Assembly: GCA_965223845.1 (NCBI GenBank) | Contig: CBDCXR010000004.1 | Location: 7,072,001-7,136,000 of the forward strand | Reading direction: 5' to 3' | Source: Planctomycetota bacterium | GTDB taxonomy: Bacteria; Planctomycetota; UBA8108; SXIK01 | Length of the DNA stretch: 64,000 bases | Part shown: positions 19,874 to 28,504 of the stretch, in pieces | Layout: each line of letters begins with the position of its first letter | Position numbering within the stretch: the stretch's first letter is position 1 | Notes under the pieces: model-generated | What the model was told of the DNA's origin: nothing | Databases searched by the model: none | What the model saw: the letters and a program-made list of their open reading frames with translations, nothing else | Program-made: the position numbers and the translations under genes

Positions 19874-21154
19874 TCAGCGATTCTCGCGGGCGGGAAGCTC
19901 GAAGGGAAGCGCCGTCGTCGCCGAACGGTCGCCGATGAGGTCGCTCGCGAGGATCTCGATCTTGTACTCGCCGCCGGCGAGACTATCGGGAATCCGGTAG
20001 CGCGCCCAGAAGTTCACCGGTTCCGTGCGATCGGTGACGAGCTGGCGGCCGCTGTCCGCGGGGAGGAAGTCGAGCTCGTCGAGGACGTCTCCCCCCTTCG
20101 TCTTCAGGCGAAGCGACGCGGCGAATGCGCGCTCCCACTGGGGTTCGTCGTCCGGATCCTGCTGCACGCGATCCTCGGAGAACCGGCTGAACTCCCCGTA
20201 AATGAGGACTTCCGCACCGGGACGAATTCGCTCCGGCGGGAGCGGATCGTACTCGCCGGGACCGTCGATCTTGGCGGCGAAGCCGACGGATTCGAGAGCG
20301 AACGAGGTCGCGACCGGCGCCGGAGTGGGGGAGGGCTCCGTCCCGCTCGTTGCTTCGCTCTCCGCCGTCCCCGAGTCGGGGACGGATTCGATGACGACCT
20401 CGTGTTCGACTGCGTCGCCCGACTCGGGAGCCGTTTCATTCGCAGGCTCGTACGATTCGCCGTGCGCGGACTCCGCGGTGTCGCCGCTCGCGGCCGAGGA
20501 TTCGTCGGCCGCGGACGTCTTCACGACGGCGGGCTCGAGATCGGCCACGAGCGCACGGAGAATCCGGTCCGACTCGCTCTTCCGGCCGTTTTGACGGAGG
20601 TAGAGCGCCGTCATGATGAGCTGCTCTTCGCTGTCGGCGCCCGCGCTGAGTTCGTCGATCGCCGAGGCGAGGCCCTCCTCGTTCCACCCGGCGGAGTCGT
20701 CGTCGCTGCCGCCACCGTCGCCCGGCTCCGCGGGAAACTCCCGCAGGAGACGGTTCCAGCGTTCGCGCGACCGAGTCCGGAGCTCTTCGACGAGATCCGG
20801 TCTGCGGGTGGCTCCGGCGTCGGGACGCGGTTCGGTCAGCGCCTCCGAATGCGGGGCGGCAGCCGAGTCGCCGGTGCTCGAATCACCCGTGCTCGAATCG
20901 GCGGCGAGCGCGGGGGCGGCGTCCGCTTCGGTACCTGCCGACCGAACCGGCGCCGCGTGGATCGGCTCCTCCTCGAGTATGGGCGTTTTCCAAACCGGGC
21001 GGCTAGCGAACTGCTCGTCGACGAGCTTACGCCGAGCGGCGAGGTCGTCGCCCTCGGTGCTCCGGCAGGCGTTCACCAGCAGGGAGCCGAGGGCGAGGAC
21101 CGCGATCGCGCCGGCGCGGAAGGTGGTGGTGGGTTCGACGTGGTATTTCTGCAT
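19874..21154 (-). CDS. Lipoprotein with low-complexity linker and C-terminal beta-sandwich-like domain
   Basis: AIAVLALGSLLVNAC lipobox; C-terminal YRIPDSLAGGEYKIEILASD; start trimmed to ATG 21154. Confidence 0.75.
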   Translation of the reverse strand: MQKYHVEPTTTFRAGAIAVLALGSLLVNACRSTEGDDLAARRKLVDEQFASRPVWKTPILEEEPIHAAPVRSAGTEADAAPALAADSSTGDSSTGDSAAAPHSEALTEPRPDAGATRRPDLVEELRTRSRERWNRLLREFPAEPGDGGGSDDDSAGWNEEGLASAIDELSAGADSEEQLIMTALYLRQNGRKSESDRILRALVADLEPAVVKTSAADESSAASGDTAESAHGESYEPANETAPESGDAVEHEVVIESVPDSGTAESEATSGTEPSPTPAPVATSFALESVGFAAKIDGPGEYDPLPPERIRPGAEVLIYGEFSRFSEDRVQQDPDDEPQWERAFAASLRLKTKGGDVLDELDFLPADSGRQLVTDRTEPVNFWARYRIPDSLAGGEYKIEILASDLIGDRSATTALPFELPARENR

Positions 21155-21590
21155 CGCTCTCGATGGATCCCCTCCCTGAGGGCACCAGCTCGGACCTCTC
21201 ACCGGACTCCGCTCGCAGCGGGGTCGAACCGAGTGAGAGGGATCCGGGCCGGCCCAGATCTCAGATCCGCTCGCCGGAGGCACCACCCCCGCGAAACGAA
21301 CGGACCGTCTCCGGGGTTATCGGTCGTTCGGGCGGGCGCCTTGAGAGCTTTTTCGGAAAAAGTTTCGGCGGAGCTCGGGAGCGCCGATCGCGCCGGCTCG
21401 AGCGGGCCGCTCGGCGGCGCGCGATGCGGCAGCCCCGCCGGACCAGCCGGCACGGTCCCCGTTACCGGCGGGGTTTCAGTTCGCCGCCCGGCGCTGCCGA
21501 GATGGAATACGGTCTCGGTTTCATCTCCTCCCACCGCCGCTCCCGTCGCGGTTCGCGGCGCACTCGCTCGCCAACGAGAAGCCTTCCTCC

Positions 21591-21776
21591 ATGGAATCGC
21601 GCAAGATTCACACGTGTCGGCGCTGCTACTGCAAGGAGCACATCCCCACGCACCAGTACGTGAAGTTCGACCTTCGCGTGCACTACCTCTGCAAGCGCTG
21701 CTGGGAGGACTATCGGAGCTGGTTCTTCTGGGGACAGCGCCCGGAGCAGAAGAAGGGGGAGGAGGTCAGCTCCTAG
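21591..21776 (+). CDS. Small CxxC...CxxC zinc-binding protein (61 aa)
   Basis: CRRC and CKRC motifs; strong GC3 codon bias and aromatic-rich composition unlike shadow ORFs. Confidence 0.7.
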   Translation: MESRKIHTCRRCYCKEHIPTHQYVKFDLRVHYLCKRCWEDYRSWFFWGQRPEQKKGEEVSS

Positions 21777-21798
21777 CCCGGCGACGGTTGTACGGGGG

Positions 21799-22866
21799 TC
21801 ACTCGGCCCGCCGCGCGCGGTATTGGTGGAGCGCGTGGAGAAGGTCGAGCATGTCGCGGTGGAGAGGGGCTGAAAACGTCATCTCGTCCCGCGTCAGCGG
21901 GTGGCGAAACGAGATGCTCGCGGCGTGAAGCGCCTGACGGGCGATCAGCGGTTCCTCGTTCGATTCTCGGCCGCGCCGCTGGAGGTCCGTGCGGTAGATC
22001 TGCTTTTCGCGCCCGTAGAGCTTGTCCGCTGCGACCGGTAGGTGAAGGCTCGCGAGATGAACGCGGATCTGGTGCGTTCGGCCGGACTTCGGATAGAGCT
22101 CAACGAGCGCGTAGCCATCGAAGGCTTCGAGGACGCGGTAGTCCGTCAGCGCCTCCCGACCCGTTCCGTCCGTGCGGATCATCTGCTTCTTGCTGTGGGT
22201 GTAGCTGCGTCCGAGCGCGTAGTCGATGCGCCCCTCCCATCGCTCGGGGACTCCGCGCGCGATCGCGAGATAGGTCTTGTGCACGGTTCGCTCCTTGAAC
22301 TGAAGCGAGAGCGCGCGATGGGAGAAGTCGGACTTCGCGACGAGAAGGACACCGGACGTCTCCTTATCGAGCCGGTGCACGATTCCCGGCCGCTCCTCTC
22401 CGCCGATCCCCGAGAGATCGTCTAGCCAGTAGAGGAGAGCGTTGACGAGCGTGGGACCGGTCTGCGAAGGCGCTGGATGCACCGCGAGTCCCGCCGGTTT
22501 GTCGATCACCGCGAGGTGCTCGTCCTCGAAAAGGATCTCGAGCGGGATCTCCTTCGCCGTGAGATCCGGCTTTCGGGGCGGCGGCACTGTGCAGTGAACT
22601 TCGTAGCCGCTCGGCACCTTCGTCGAGGGCTTGACGTCCCGCCGCAGCGCGGGAATGGCGACGTAGCCCTCCTCGATGAGCTTCTGAAGGTGCGCTCGCG
22701 AGTGCTGCGGGAGCTGATCGGCGAGGAACTGATCGACCCGGACGGCCGAACCGGAGTTGACGAGCTCGTAGGTTCGGATGGCCTCCGGCGTCTCGCCTCC
22801 CGCAGGCGCAGACTCCGACCCCTTGTCGCCGGGTGAGGGGACGCTCGTCTGATCGTCGTTCGCCAA
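21799..22866 (-). CDS. rluD: RluA-family pseudouridine synthase with S4 domain
   Basis: RVDQFLA..SRAHLQKLI (S4), DKPAGLAVHP, IVHRLDKETSG, GRTHQIRVH, RQALHA. Confidence 0.93.
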   Translation of the reverse strand: MANDDQTSVPSPGDKGSESAPAGGETPEAIRTYELVNSGSAVRVDQFLADQLPQHSRAHLQKLIEEGYVAIPALRRDVKPSTKVPSGYEVHCTVPPPRKPDLTAKEIPLEILFEDEHLAVIDKPAGLAVHPAPSQTGPTLVNALLYWLDDLSGIGGEERPGIVHRLDKETSGVLLVAKSDFSHRALSLQFKERTVHKTYLAIARGVPERWEGRIDYALGRSYTHSKKQMIRTDGTGREALTDYRVLEAFDGYALVELYPKSGRTHQIRVHLASLHLPVAADKLYGREKQIYRTDLQRRGRESNEEPLIARQALHAASISFRHPLTRDEMTFSAPLHRDMLDLLHALHQYRARRAE

Positions 22867-22911
22867 TCCAGTCGCGACCGCGTTCCGTCGTTCCGTCGTT
22901 CCTCGAGCGCC

Positions 22912-23700
22912 TTAGTTGCCGGATGGGGGCGGAGGCGTCGCAGCTTCCGTTTCCGTAGATTCGGCATCCACGGTCGGCGGTTCCGCGGGAGCCGTCTCTT
23001 CGGGAGCCGGAGCGGCGCCTTCGGCGGCCGATCCACTCGTCTCCGCCGCCGGCTCTGGCGTCGTCTCCGCGCCGGAGCCGCCCGGCGTCGTCGCCGCGCT
23101 CGCGTCGGCGGTGGAATCGGCTTCCTCGGGTGCTTCGGGCTCGGGCTCCGGCGCCGGGAGCCAGCTCCGGTCCGCGGCCGCCGCGAGGACCGCCTTCACG
23201 CCCTCGGCCCACTTGCGGAGATCGGGGTCATCGGGAAACGATTCCAGCGCGCGGTCGGCCAAACTGAGCGCGCGCTCCCGCGCGGTGTCGCGTGGGAGAC
23301 CGGGCGCCGCCGGCGTGTCGCCGGAGCGTTCGGCGTGGGAGAGGAAGAAGTTTCCGATCGTCTTCAGGAAGTACCGCTCGGCATCGCTTCCGCGGACGTC
23401 GTTGACGAGTGCGTCGATCTCGGGAAGGTTGACCGCGGCGTCGCTTCGCCGGGCATCGGAGCTCTGAACGTGCCTCCAGAGACGCGAGTTGTTCTCGGCG
23501 AGGCTCGACTCACCGAGCGAGTGGATCGCGGTAACGGCGCCCATGATGAGCGCGATGAGAACCGCGCCACCGAGAAGGTACGGACCGTAGCGCTTCAGCT
23601 TGTCGACCGCGGAAGACGCGACGTCCGAGAGGGACTCGTCGAGGTGCCCGACGTCGTCGGCGGTTTTGGGGTGCTGTGCCTGACCGGTTTGCTTGGCCAC
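22912..23700 (-). CDS. Single-pass membrane protein with helical domain and Pro/Ala/Glu tail (YfgM-like architecture)
   Basis: TM segment PYLLGGAVLIALIMGAVTAI followed by helical repeats and a low-complexity C-terminus. Confidence 0.65.
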   Translation of the reverse strand: MAKQTGQAQHPKTADDVGHLDESLSDVASSAVDKLKRYGPYLLGGAVLIALIMGAVTAIHSLGESSLAENNSRLWRHVQSSDARRSDAAVNLPEIDALVNDVRGSDAERYFLKTIGNFFLSHAERSGDTPAAPGLPRDTARERALSLADRALESFPDDPDLRKWAEGVKAVLAAAADRSWLPAPEPEPEAPEEADSTADASAATTPGGSGAETTPEPAAETSGSAAEGAAPAPEETAPAEPPTVDAESTETEAATPPPPSGN

Positions 23701-24483
23701 GTCGATGCGTCTCCCGACCTTTTATCCCCCGTTCGCTCGCCGAGCTCGGGCGCTGGCGACCCACGGCGCGAAACGGGGCTCGCGCTACGAGCCCGTTGAA
23801 ACAGTGCCTCGAGCCGAGAGTCGACTCGAGCGCGTTCAGATCGACCGCGGCGAACGCGGGTGATCTCCGTGATTAACGAGTATGGACGCGGCCGAGCTGA
23901 GCGTGAACGCGCCGTGTTCTCGGCCGAATGAGTTCTTCACCGGGCGACAGCCGTCTTGGCCGACCGCGCTACGCGGGACGCGAGACGACGACGAGGTCCC
24001 GAAGCGGAAACCGCGTCGTGCGCGACGCCGGGAGCCCGCTCGGCGCCACCGCGGCTGCGCTGCTGAAGCGGGCTATTCTACCAACCGGCCTTCGCTTTTG
24101 AAGCCGGACTCTGCTCGATCGGCGAGCGCAGCGGGAGCGCGACCGGTTCCAGATCGGCGCTAGGTGCCGGCGCCAGAAAGGGGGTCGGTGCGGCACGGTC
24201 CGCTCGGGCGGCCTCTCGGTCGCCCATCCGCGAGGATTCCTTCGGGACGCCAGGTCGAGAAGCCGGTCCTTCGACTTCGTCGCGGTTCTCGCGCCGGACC
24301 GGAGCTCGGCTTTAGCCGCCCGAGGGTTCGACCTCGTTCGGGATCAGCGGCCCTACGGCGAGACCGGGGGGCGCGAGGGCCATCGACGGTAAGTCCAGCG
24401 CAGAAGGCTCGCTGGAGGCTCCGCCGGCCGAATGGGACCCCGGCATCGGCGATGCCTCGCGTCCCCCGGTGCCAAGCTCGAAC

Positions 24484-25101
24484 TCAGTTCGCGCCGCGGG
24501 TCGCGACGGCGTCGGCGGCGGTTTCGCCGTCACCGACGGGAATCTCCTCCGGCGACGTGATCGCTTCGGCCGGCGTCGGTTCGAGCGGATCGTTCGTAAG
24601 GAATTCCTCGCGCGGCTGCGAGCGCGCAGTGTGCTTGAGGACGTCGATGTCGTCCGTCGTGAGCGACTCGGGACCGCGCGGGTGGATCGAGACCACCGCC
24701 TGCTTTACCGGACGGCCGAGCGCACTCGTAAACACCTGCGAAAGCTGGACGACCGCTTCCTCGCCGCCCTTCACGAAGGTGAATGTGTACTCCGGGCCGG
24801 TCAACTCGAGCCGCCGCGTGAGCTTCCAGCCCTGATCGGCCATCGCGCTCACGTACCACGGACCGAGATCCTGGAGGATCCCCGAGCCGTGATACACCCC
24901 GGTCCAGCTCCGGAACGTCCCGGCCGAGTGAAGGTCCGGCTGGAAGGACTCGCTGCGGACGAACTCGAACGTCTCCTTGACGGGGATGTCTTCCTGCTCG
25001 AGACCTTCGACGAGCGGGATTCCCGTGGGCGTCTGGGCGCAGCCGAGGGCGATCAACGGGATGAGCCACGCGACGCGGCTCGCTCTTTTCTCTCCGATCA
25101 T
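24484..25101 (-). CDS. Lipoprotein of unknown function
   Basis: RVAWLIPLIALGC lipobox; start trimmed to ATG 25101. Confidence 0.75.
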   Translation of the reverse strand: MIGEKRASRVAWLIPLIALGCAQTPTGIPLVEGLEQEDIPVKETFEFVRSESFQPDLHSAGTFRSWTGVYHGSGILQDLGPWYVSAMADQGWKLTRRLELTGPEYTFTFVKGGEEAVVQLSQVFTSALGRPVKQAVVSIHPRGPESLTTDDIDVLKHTARSQPREEFLTNDPLEPTPAEAITSPEEIPVGDGETAADAVATRGAN

Positions 25102-25661
25102 GGTCGGACTCCTCTGTTCACTTCCGGTCACTCTTCACTACCGGGTAGTCACTTCTTCCCTTCCGGCCCGTTCCCTGTCGGCTCGTCCATTTCGGCCGAG
25201 TCGCTCCGGGCGTCATCCGGCCCTGTCGGGCGCGTCTCTTCTCGCGCCCGGCCGGTTCCTCGTCGCCCCGTTCTTCCCCGGTCGACTCGCCGCTGCCACC
25301 CGAACCGATTGAGCAGCAACGAATTACGGCCTTGAAGAACGGGCCCAGCGTACGACTTTTTCGGAACCGTGCAAGAGAATTCGCCGCGTGGCCGATGAAG
25401 GAATCAGCCCCCGATTCGCCGATTCTCCCCTCGCGAGGTACTCTCTAGGAGCCGTTCCGTCCTTCGAGCGCGAACCCCATGACGCTTCCCCTCGCCGAGT
25501 TCCGTCGACCGATCGCGCGCGCCTACGGGCGCGTCGATGCGTTTCTTCTGCGCCCGTGGGTGCAGTGCGCGCTTTTCGTCGCCGCGCTGAGTGTGAGCTG
25601 GCTCTTTCTCCTCTGCGGAGAAGCCCACTCCTGAGTGCCCGCGCTCGTCGCGAGCACCGTC

Positions 25662-26300
25662 CTATTCGGCCGCCGGCGGACTCGTTTCGTCGATCTCGTC
25701 CTCGAGATCCTCACCCGGCGCGCCCTCGAGATCGGGGAGCTCGGCGAGATTCTCTCCCGGATCCGTCGCCCCCTCGTTTTCCTGAGCCGCACTCAGACGC
25801 GCAGCGGCGCCGTCCCCAGGACGCGGCTCGGGCGACTCTGCGATCGTGTTGTCTTCCGTCGGAGCGGTCGCCTCGCTCGGGAAGAATTGGCTCTTCGCCG
25901 CCCAGGCCGCGAGCAGCAGTGCGGCCGCGACGGCCCACCGCCGTACGACGGGACCGAGGAAGCCCGCTTCCCGCCTCGGCGTCATCGGAGTGACGCGCTC
26001 GCTTTCGCCTTCGTTCGCCGGTGCGCCGTGAACCGCGCTGTTCACCCGGTCCCAGACCTGTGCCCACTCGGTCGCGCCAACGTCGGGAGCGGGATCGTTC
26101 GCCGCGGCGTCGTCGAGCCAGCGATAGAACTGCGCGGCCTCGCGACTCTCGGAGGACGCATCGAGGTGTGCCTCGACCTCGTCGCGCTCGGCGGCGGAGA
26201 GCTCACCGTCGACGTAGGCGCAGATCTTCTCGTCCATTCCGACGCTCGCGTCGTCGCGTTCGTGATCGTCGTTCGTGAATGCGAACTTGTCGCTGCCCAT
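25662..26300 (-). CDS. Transmembrane anti-sigma factor with ZAS-like N-terminus lacking the CxxC cysteines
   Basis: ICAYVDGELSAAERDEVEAHLDASSES, TM WAVAAALLLAAWA; directly downstream of the ECF sigma. Confidence 0.8.
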   Translation of the reverse strand: MGSDKFAFTNDDHERDDASVGMDEKICAYVDGELSAAERDEVEAHLDASSESREAAQFYRWLDDAAANDPAPDVGATEWAQVWDRVNSAVHGAPANEGESERVTPMTPRREAGFLGPVVRRWAVAAALLLAAWAAKSQFFPSEATAPTEDNTIAESPEPRPGDGAAARLSAAQENEGATDPGENLAELPDLEGAPGEDLEDEIDETSPPAAE

Positions 26301-26362
26301 GCTGAACTCCGAGGGTCTCGAGTCTTGGTGTCGATTTCGAAAGTGATGGTCTCTGCTCAATC

Positions 26363-27127
26363 TCAGTCGTCGGCGCCCGACGGAATGGGCGGGTCGACTC
26401 CGAGTCGCTGCAATTGCTCGCGCAGCTTCTTTCGCGCGTAGAAGAGTCGCGACATGACCGTCCCGACGTTGCACTCGACGACATCGGCGATCTCGCGATA
26501 CGAGAGATTCTCTCCCGCGTGAAGGAGGAACACCGCACGGTGCTTCTCCGGCAGCCCGGCAACCGCCGAAGCGATCTGACCGGCGAGCTCTCGATCTTCC
26601 ACCTTCTGCGAGGGTGCCTCGACGGGCGCCCGTCCCGGAAGAGACGAGGCCTGGGCCTCGAGAAACGGCGTGTCGACTTCCTTGAGCGGCCGGTTCTTTC
26701 GGCTGCGAGTGAAGTCGATCGCGCGGTTGACCGTGATCCGGTAGAGCCAGGTGAAGAACTTCGAGTTCGTTTTGAAGCTGTGGAGGCTCTGGTGGACGCG
26801 AAGGAAGACCTCCTGCGTCACCTCGAGCGCGTCTTCCTTGTTGCGGACAAAGCGCTGCGCGACTCGGTAGACCCGATCGCGGTACTTGTCGAACAGAAAC
26901 TCGAAGGCGGCGGAGTCGCCGGCGAGGATCTCCTCGACCTTCGCGATGTCTTCTGCGTCGGATGGATCGCGCACGATCTCGAGGCGTCGGGTGGTCGGGC
27001 CGAGGAGCCCGCGAAGTCCAGCGGTGCGCTCCGAGACGGCGGCGCGCAAGCGGTGCGCGGCATCGCGAAGCGTTCGAGGGTCAGCCCCCCAAACTGAACA
27101 GTCTAACTCGCAGTTCACCGCGTGCAT
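26363..27127 (-). CDS. ECF RNA polymerase sigma factor (RpoE-like); true start may be GTG 26974
   Basis: GDSAAFEFLFDKY, DALEVTQEVFL, FFTWLYRITVNRAID, LSYREIADVVECNVGTVMSRLFYAR. Confidence 0.93.
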   Translation of the reverse strand: MHAVNCELDCSVWGADPRTLRDAAHRLRAAVSERTAGLRGLLGPTTRRLEIVRDPSDAEDIAKVEEILAGDSAAFEFLFDKYRDRVYRVAQRFVRNKEDALEVTQEVFLRVHQSLHSFKTNSKFFTWLYRITVNRAIDFTRSRKNRPLKEVDTPFLEAQASSLPGRAPVEAPSQKVEDRELAGQIASAVAGLPEKHRAVFLLHAGENLSYREIADVVECNVGTVMSRLFYARKKLREQLQRLGVDPPIPSGADD

Positions 27128-27782
27128 GAGATTTAACCGCTGGTCTACGGGTTCCTCCGGTCGAGCTCGAGTCGTGCTTCGATCCCCGTCGCATCCGGGG
27201 CGGTCCCGGGGGCTGTCGGTTCGTGCTCGTGCTCACCAGTTCCGACGAGGCCCGAGACCGCTTATTCACCCTGGTTTCCGGGGATTTCTCGGACGAACCG
27301 CCGCGGAGGAGCCCGTCGCAACCGGGCGGCTGATCGCCTCGCGGCTGGCGGACTCGAGGCCGAGCGGGTCCCGAGATGTGTTCGCTGAATGTTTGGACTC
27401 CGCTACGCCTTCGTTTTGGCGCTCGCGACGCAAACCAGTCCGAGCAAGAGGGTTACAGGTTCCGTACGGAATTTGTTTGCTCTCTGCTAGGGTGTCTGGT
27501 AGGAAATCGGGCGCTCGCAAATGCCGGGTCGTGTCCTCGCGGCCGACCACATCGTTTCCCGGCTGGCGCTCGAGCGAACGAGATCGCCGGCGCCACCGGG
27601 CGAATGAAGCCGAGCCGGGGAGTTCTAGCGCACGTCCGGGATGCGCCCGGAGTCCGGGCACCGTCGATCCCGCCCTCGTGTGCCCCTCCCCTTCGACAGA
27701 ACCACGATTCAACCTATCCGCGTCCCTACACCCCCAAGCGGTAGGTCCCTCCTTTTTCCTCGTTTATTTCAGACCCAAACTG

Positions 27783-27819
27783 CTCCTCGCTGCGTAGGGA
27801 CGGCGAGGAGTTTTTTTTT
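27783..27819 (+). terminator. Intrinsic terminator hairpin with T9 tail
   Basis: CTCCTCGC(27783-90)/GCGAGGAG(27803-10) stem followed by TTTTTTTTT. Confidence 0.8.
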
Positions 27820-27964
27820 GCCCGGATCGCGTCGTCGAGGCCGACGCGCTCTCTCCAACCCGCAGGAACGCGTTCCGCGCGGGAATCGTTGACGGGCGCG
27901 CGTCGCTCGTCACACTGTTCCATCGACTCTTTCTGGACCTTCGGCCTGATCTTCGAGCTGCCTC

Positions 27965-28462
27965 ATGGCGCGAAACTTCAGTCTATTGGCTCTCTCGGTT
28001 CTCGTCGGGTGTGTCGATCGGCCGACCGACGCGGTCCGACTCGAGGTGGAGGACATCCTCGACAGCGAAGAGCAGCGCATCGTGCTCATCCGCGTGTACG
28101 CCGATCCCGGCCTCTACGTCGAGGCGGGCATCGACATTCTCGCGGCGAGCCCGCCGACTCGCGTGCAGAGCGCGCTGGCGTCCGAGGGCTCACGCTCCGA
28201 GGGCGAAGCGACCGTACTCGTGACCGCCACACGGGTCGAGGACCGAGCTGGGAACGCGATCGTTCGCGTGCTCGTGAGAACGTCGACGAGCGGCGGGAGC
28301 GCCGGAGGACCGTCGACGTCGTTCCCGCCCGGGGATGCTCCGCTGAAGGACTTCATCGAGGTCGTGGCGAGCTCCGGAACGTACACGGTGGGCGATCTCG
28401 TTTCGCTCGGCACGGTTCGCGGAAAACCGCTTCAGCTGCGAGTGAGGAAGCCGGGCGATTGA
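27965..28462 (+). CDS. Lipoprotein of unknown function
   Basis: MARNFSLLALSVLVGC lipobox. Confidence 0.7.
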   Translation: MARNFSLLALSVLVGCVDRPTDAVRLEVEDILDSEEQRIVLIRVYADPGLYVEAGIDILAASPPTRVQSALASEGSRSEGEATVLVTATRVEDRAGNAIVRVLVRTSTSGGSAGGPSTSFPPGDAPLKDFIEVVASSGTYTVGDLVSLGTVRGKPLQLRVRKPGD

Positions 28463-28504
28463 AGACGGTCGCGCGCCGCCGGGCTGCTTTCCGAACGGTG
28501 ATTC

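Noticed and set aside
20864-20902. Short tandem repeat encoding DSSTGDSSTGDS
   Set aside because: An in-frame low-complexity linker repeat of two to three units.
23785-23805. GAGCCCGTTGAAA resembling an IS terminal repeat
   Set aside because: No partner end or transposase found; it is explained as the 3' arm of a local hairpin.
27420-27530. c-di-GMP-I riboswitch-like words (GACGCAAA)
   Set aside because: The required GGCAAAC..GAAA..GACGCAAAGC order and pairing are not present.
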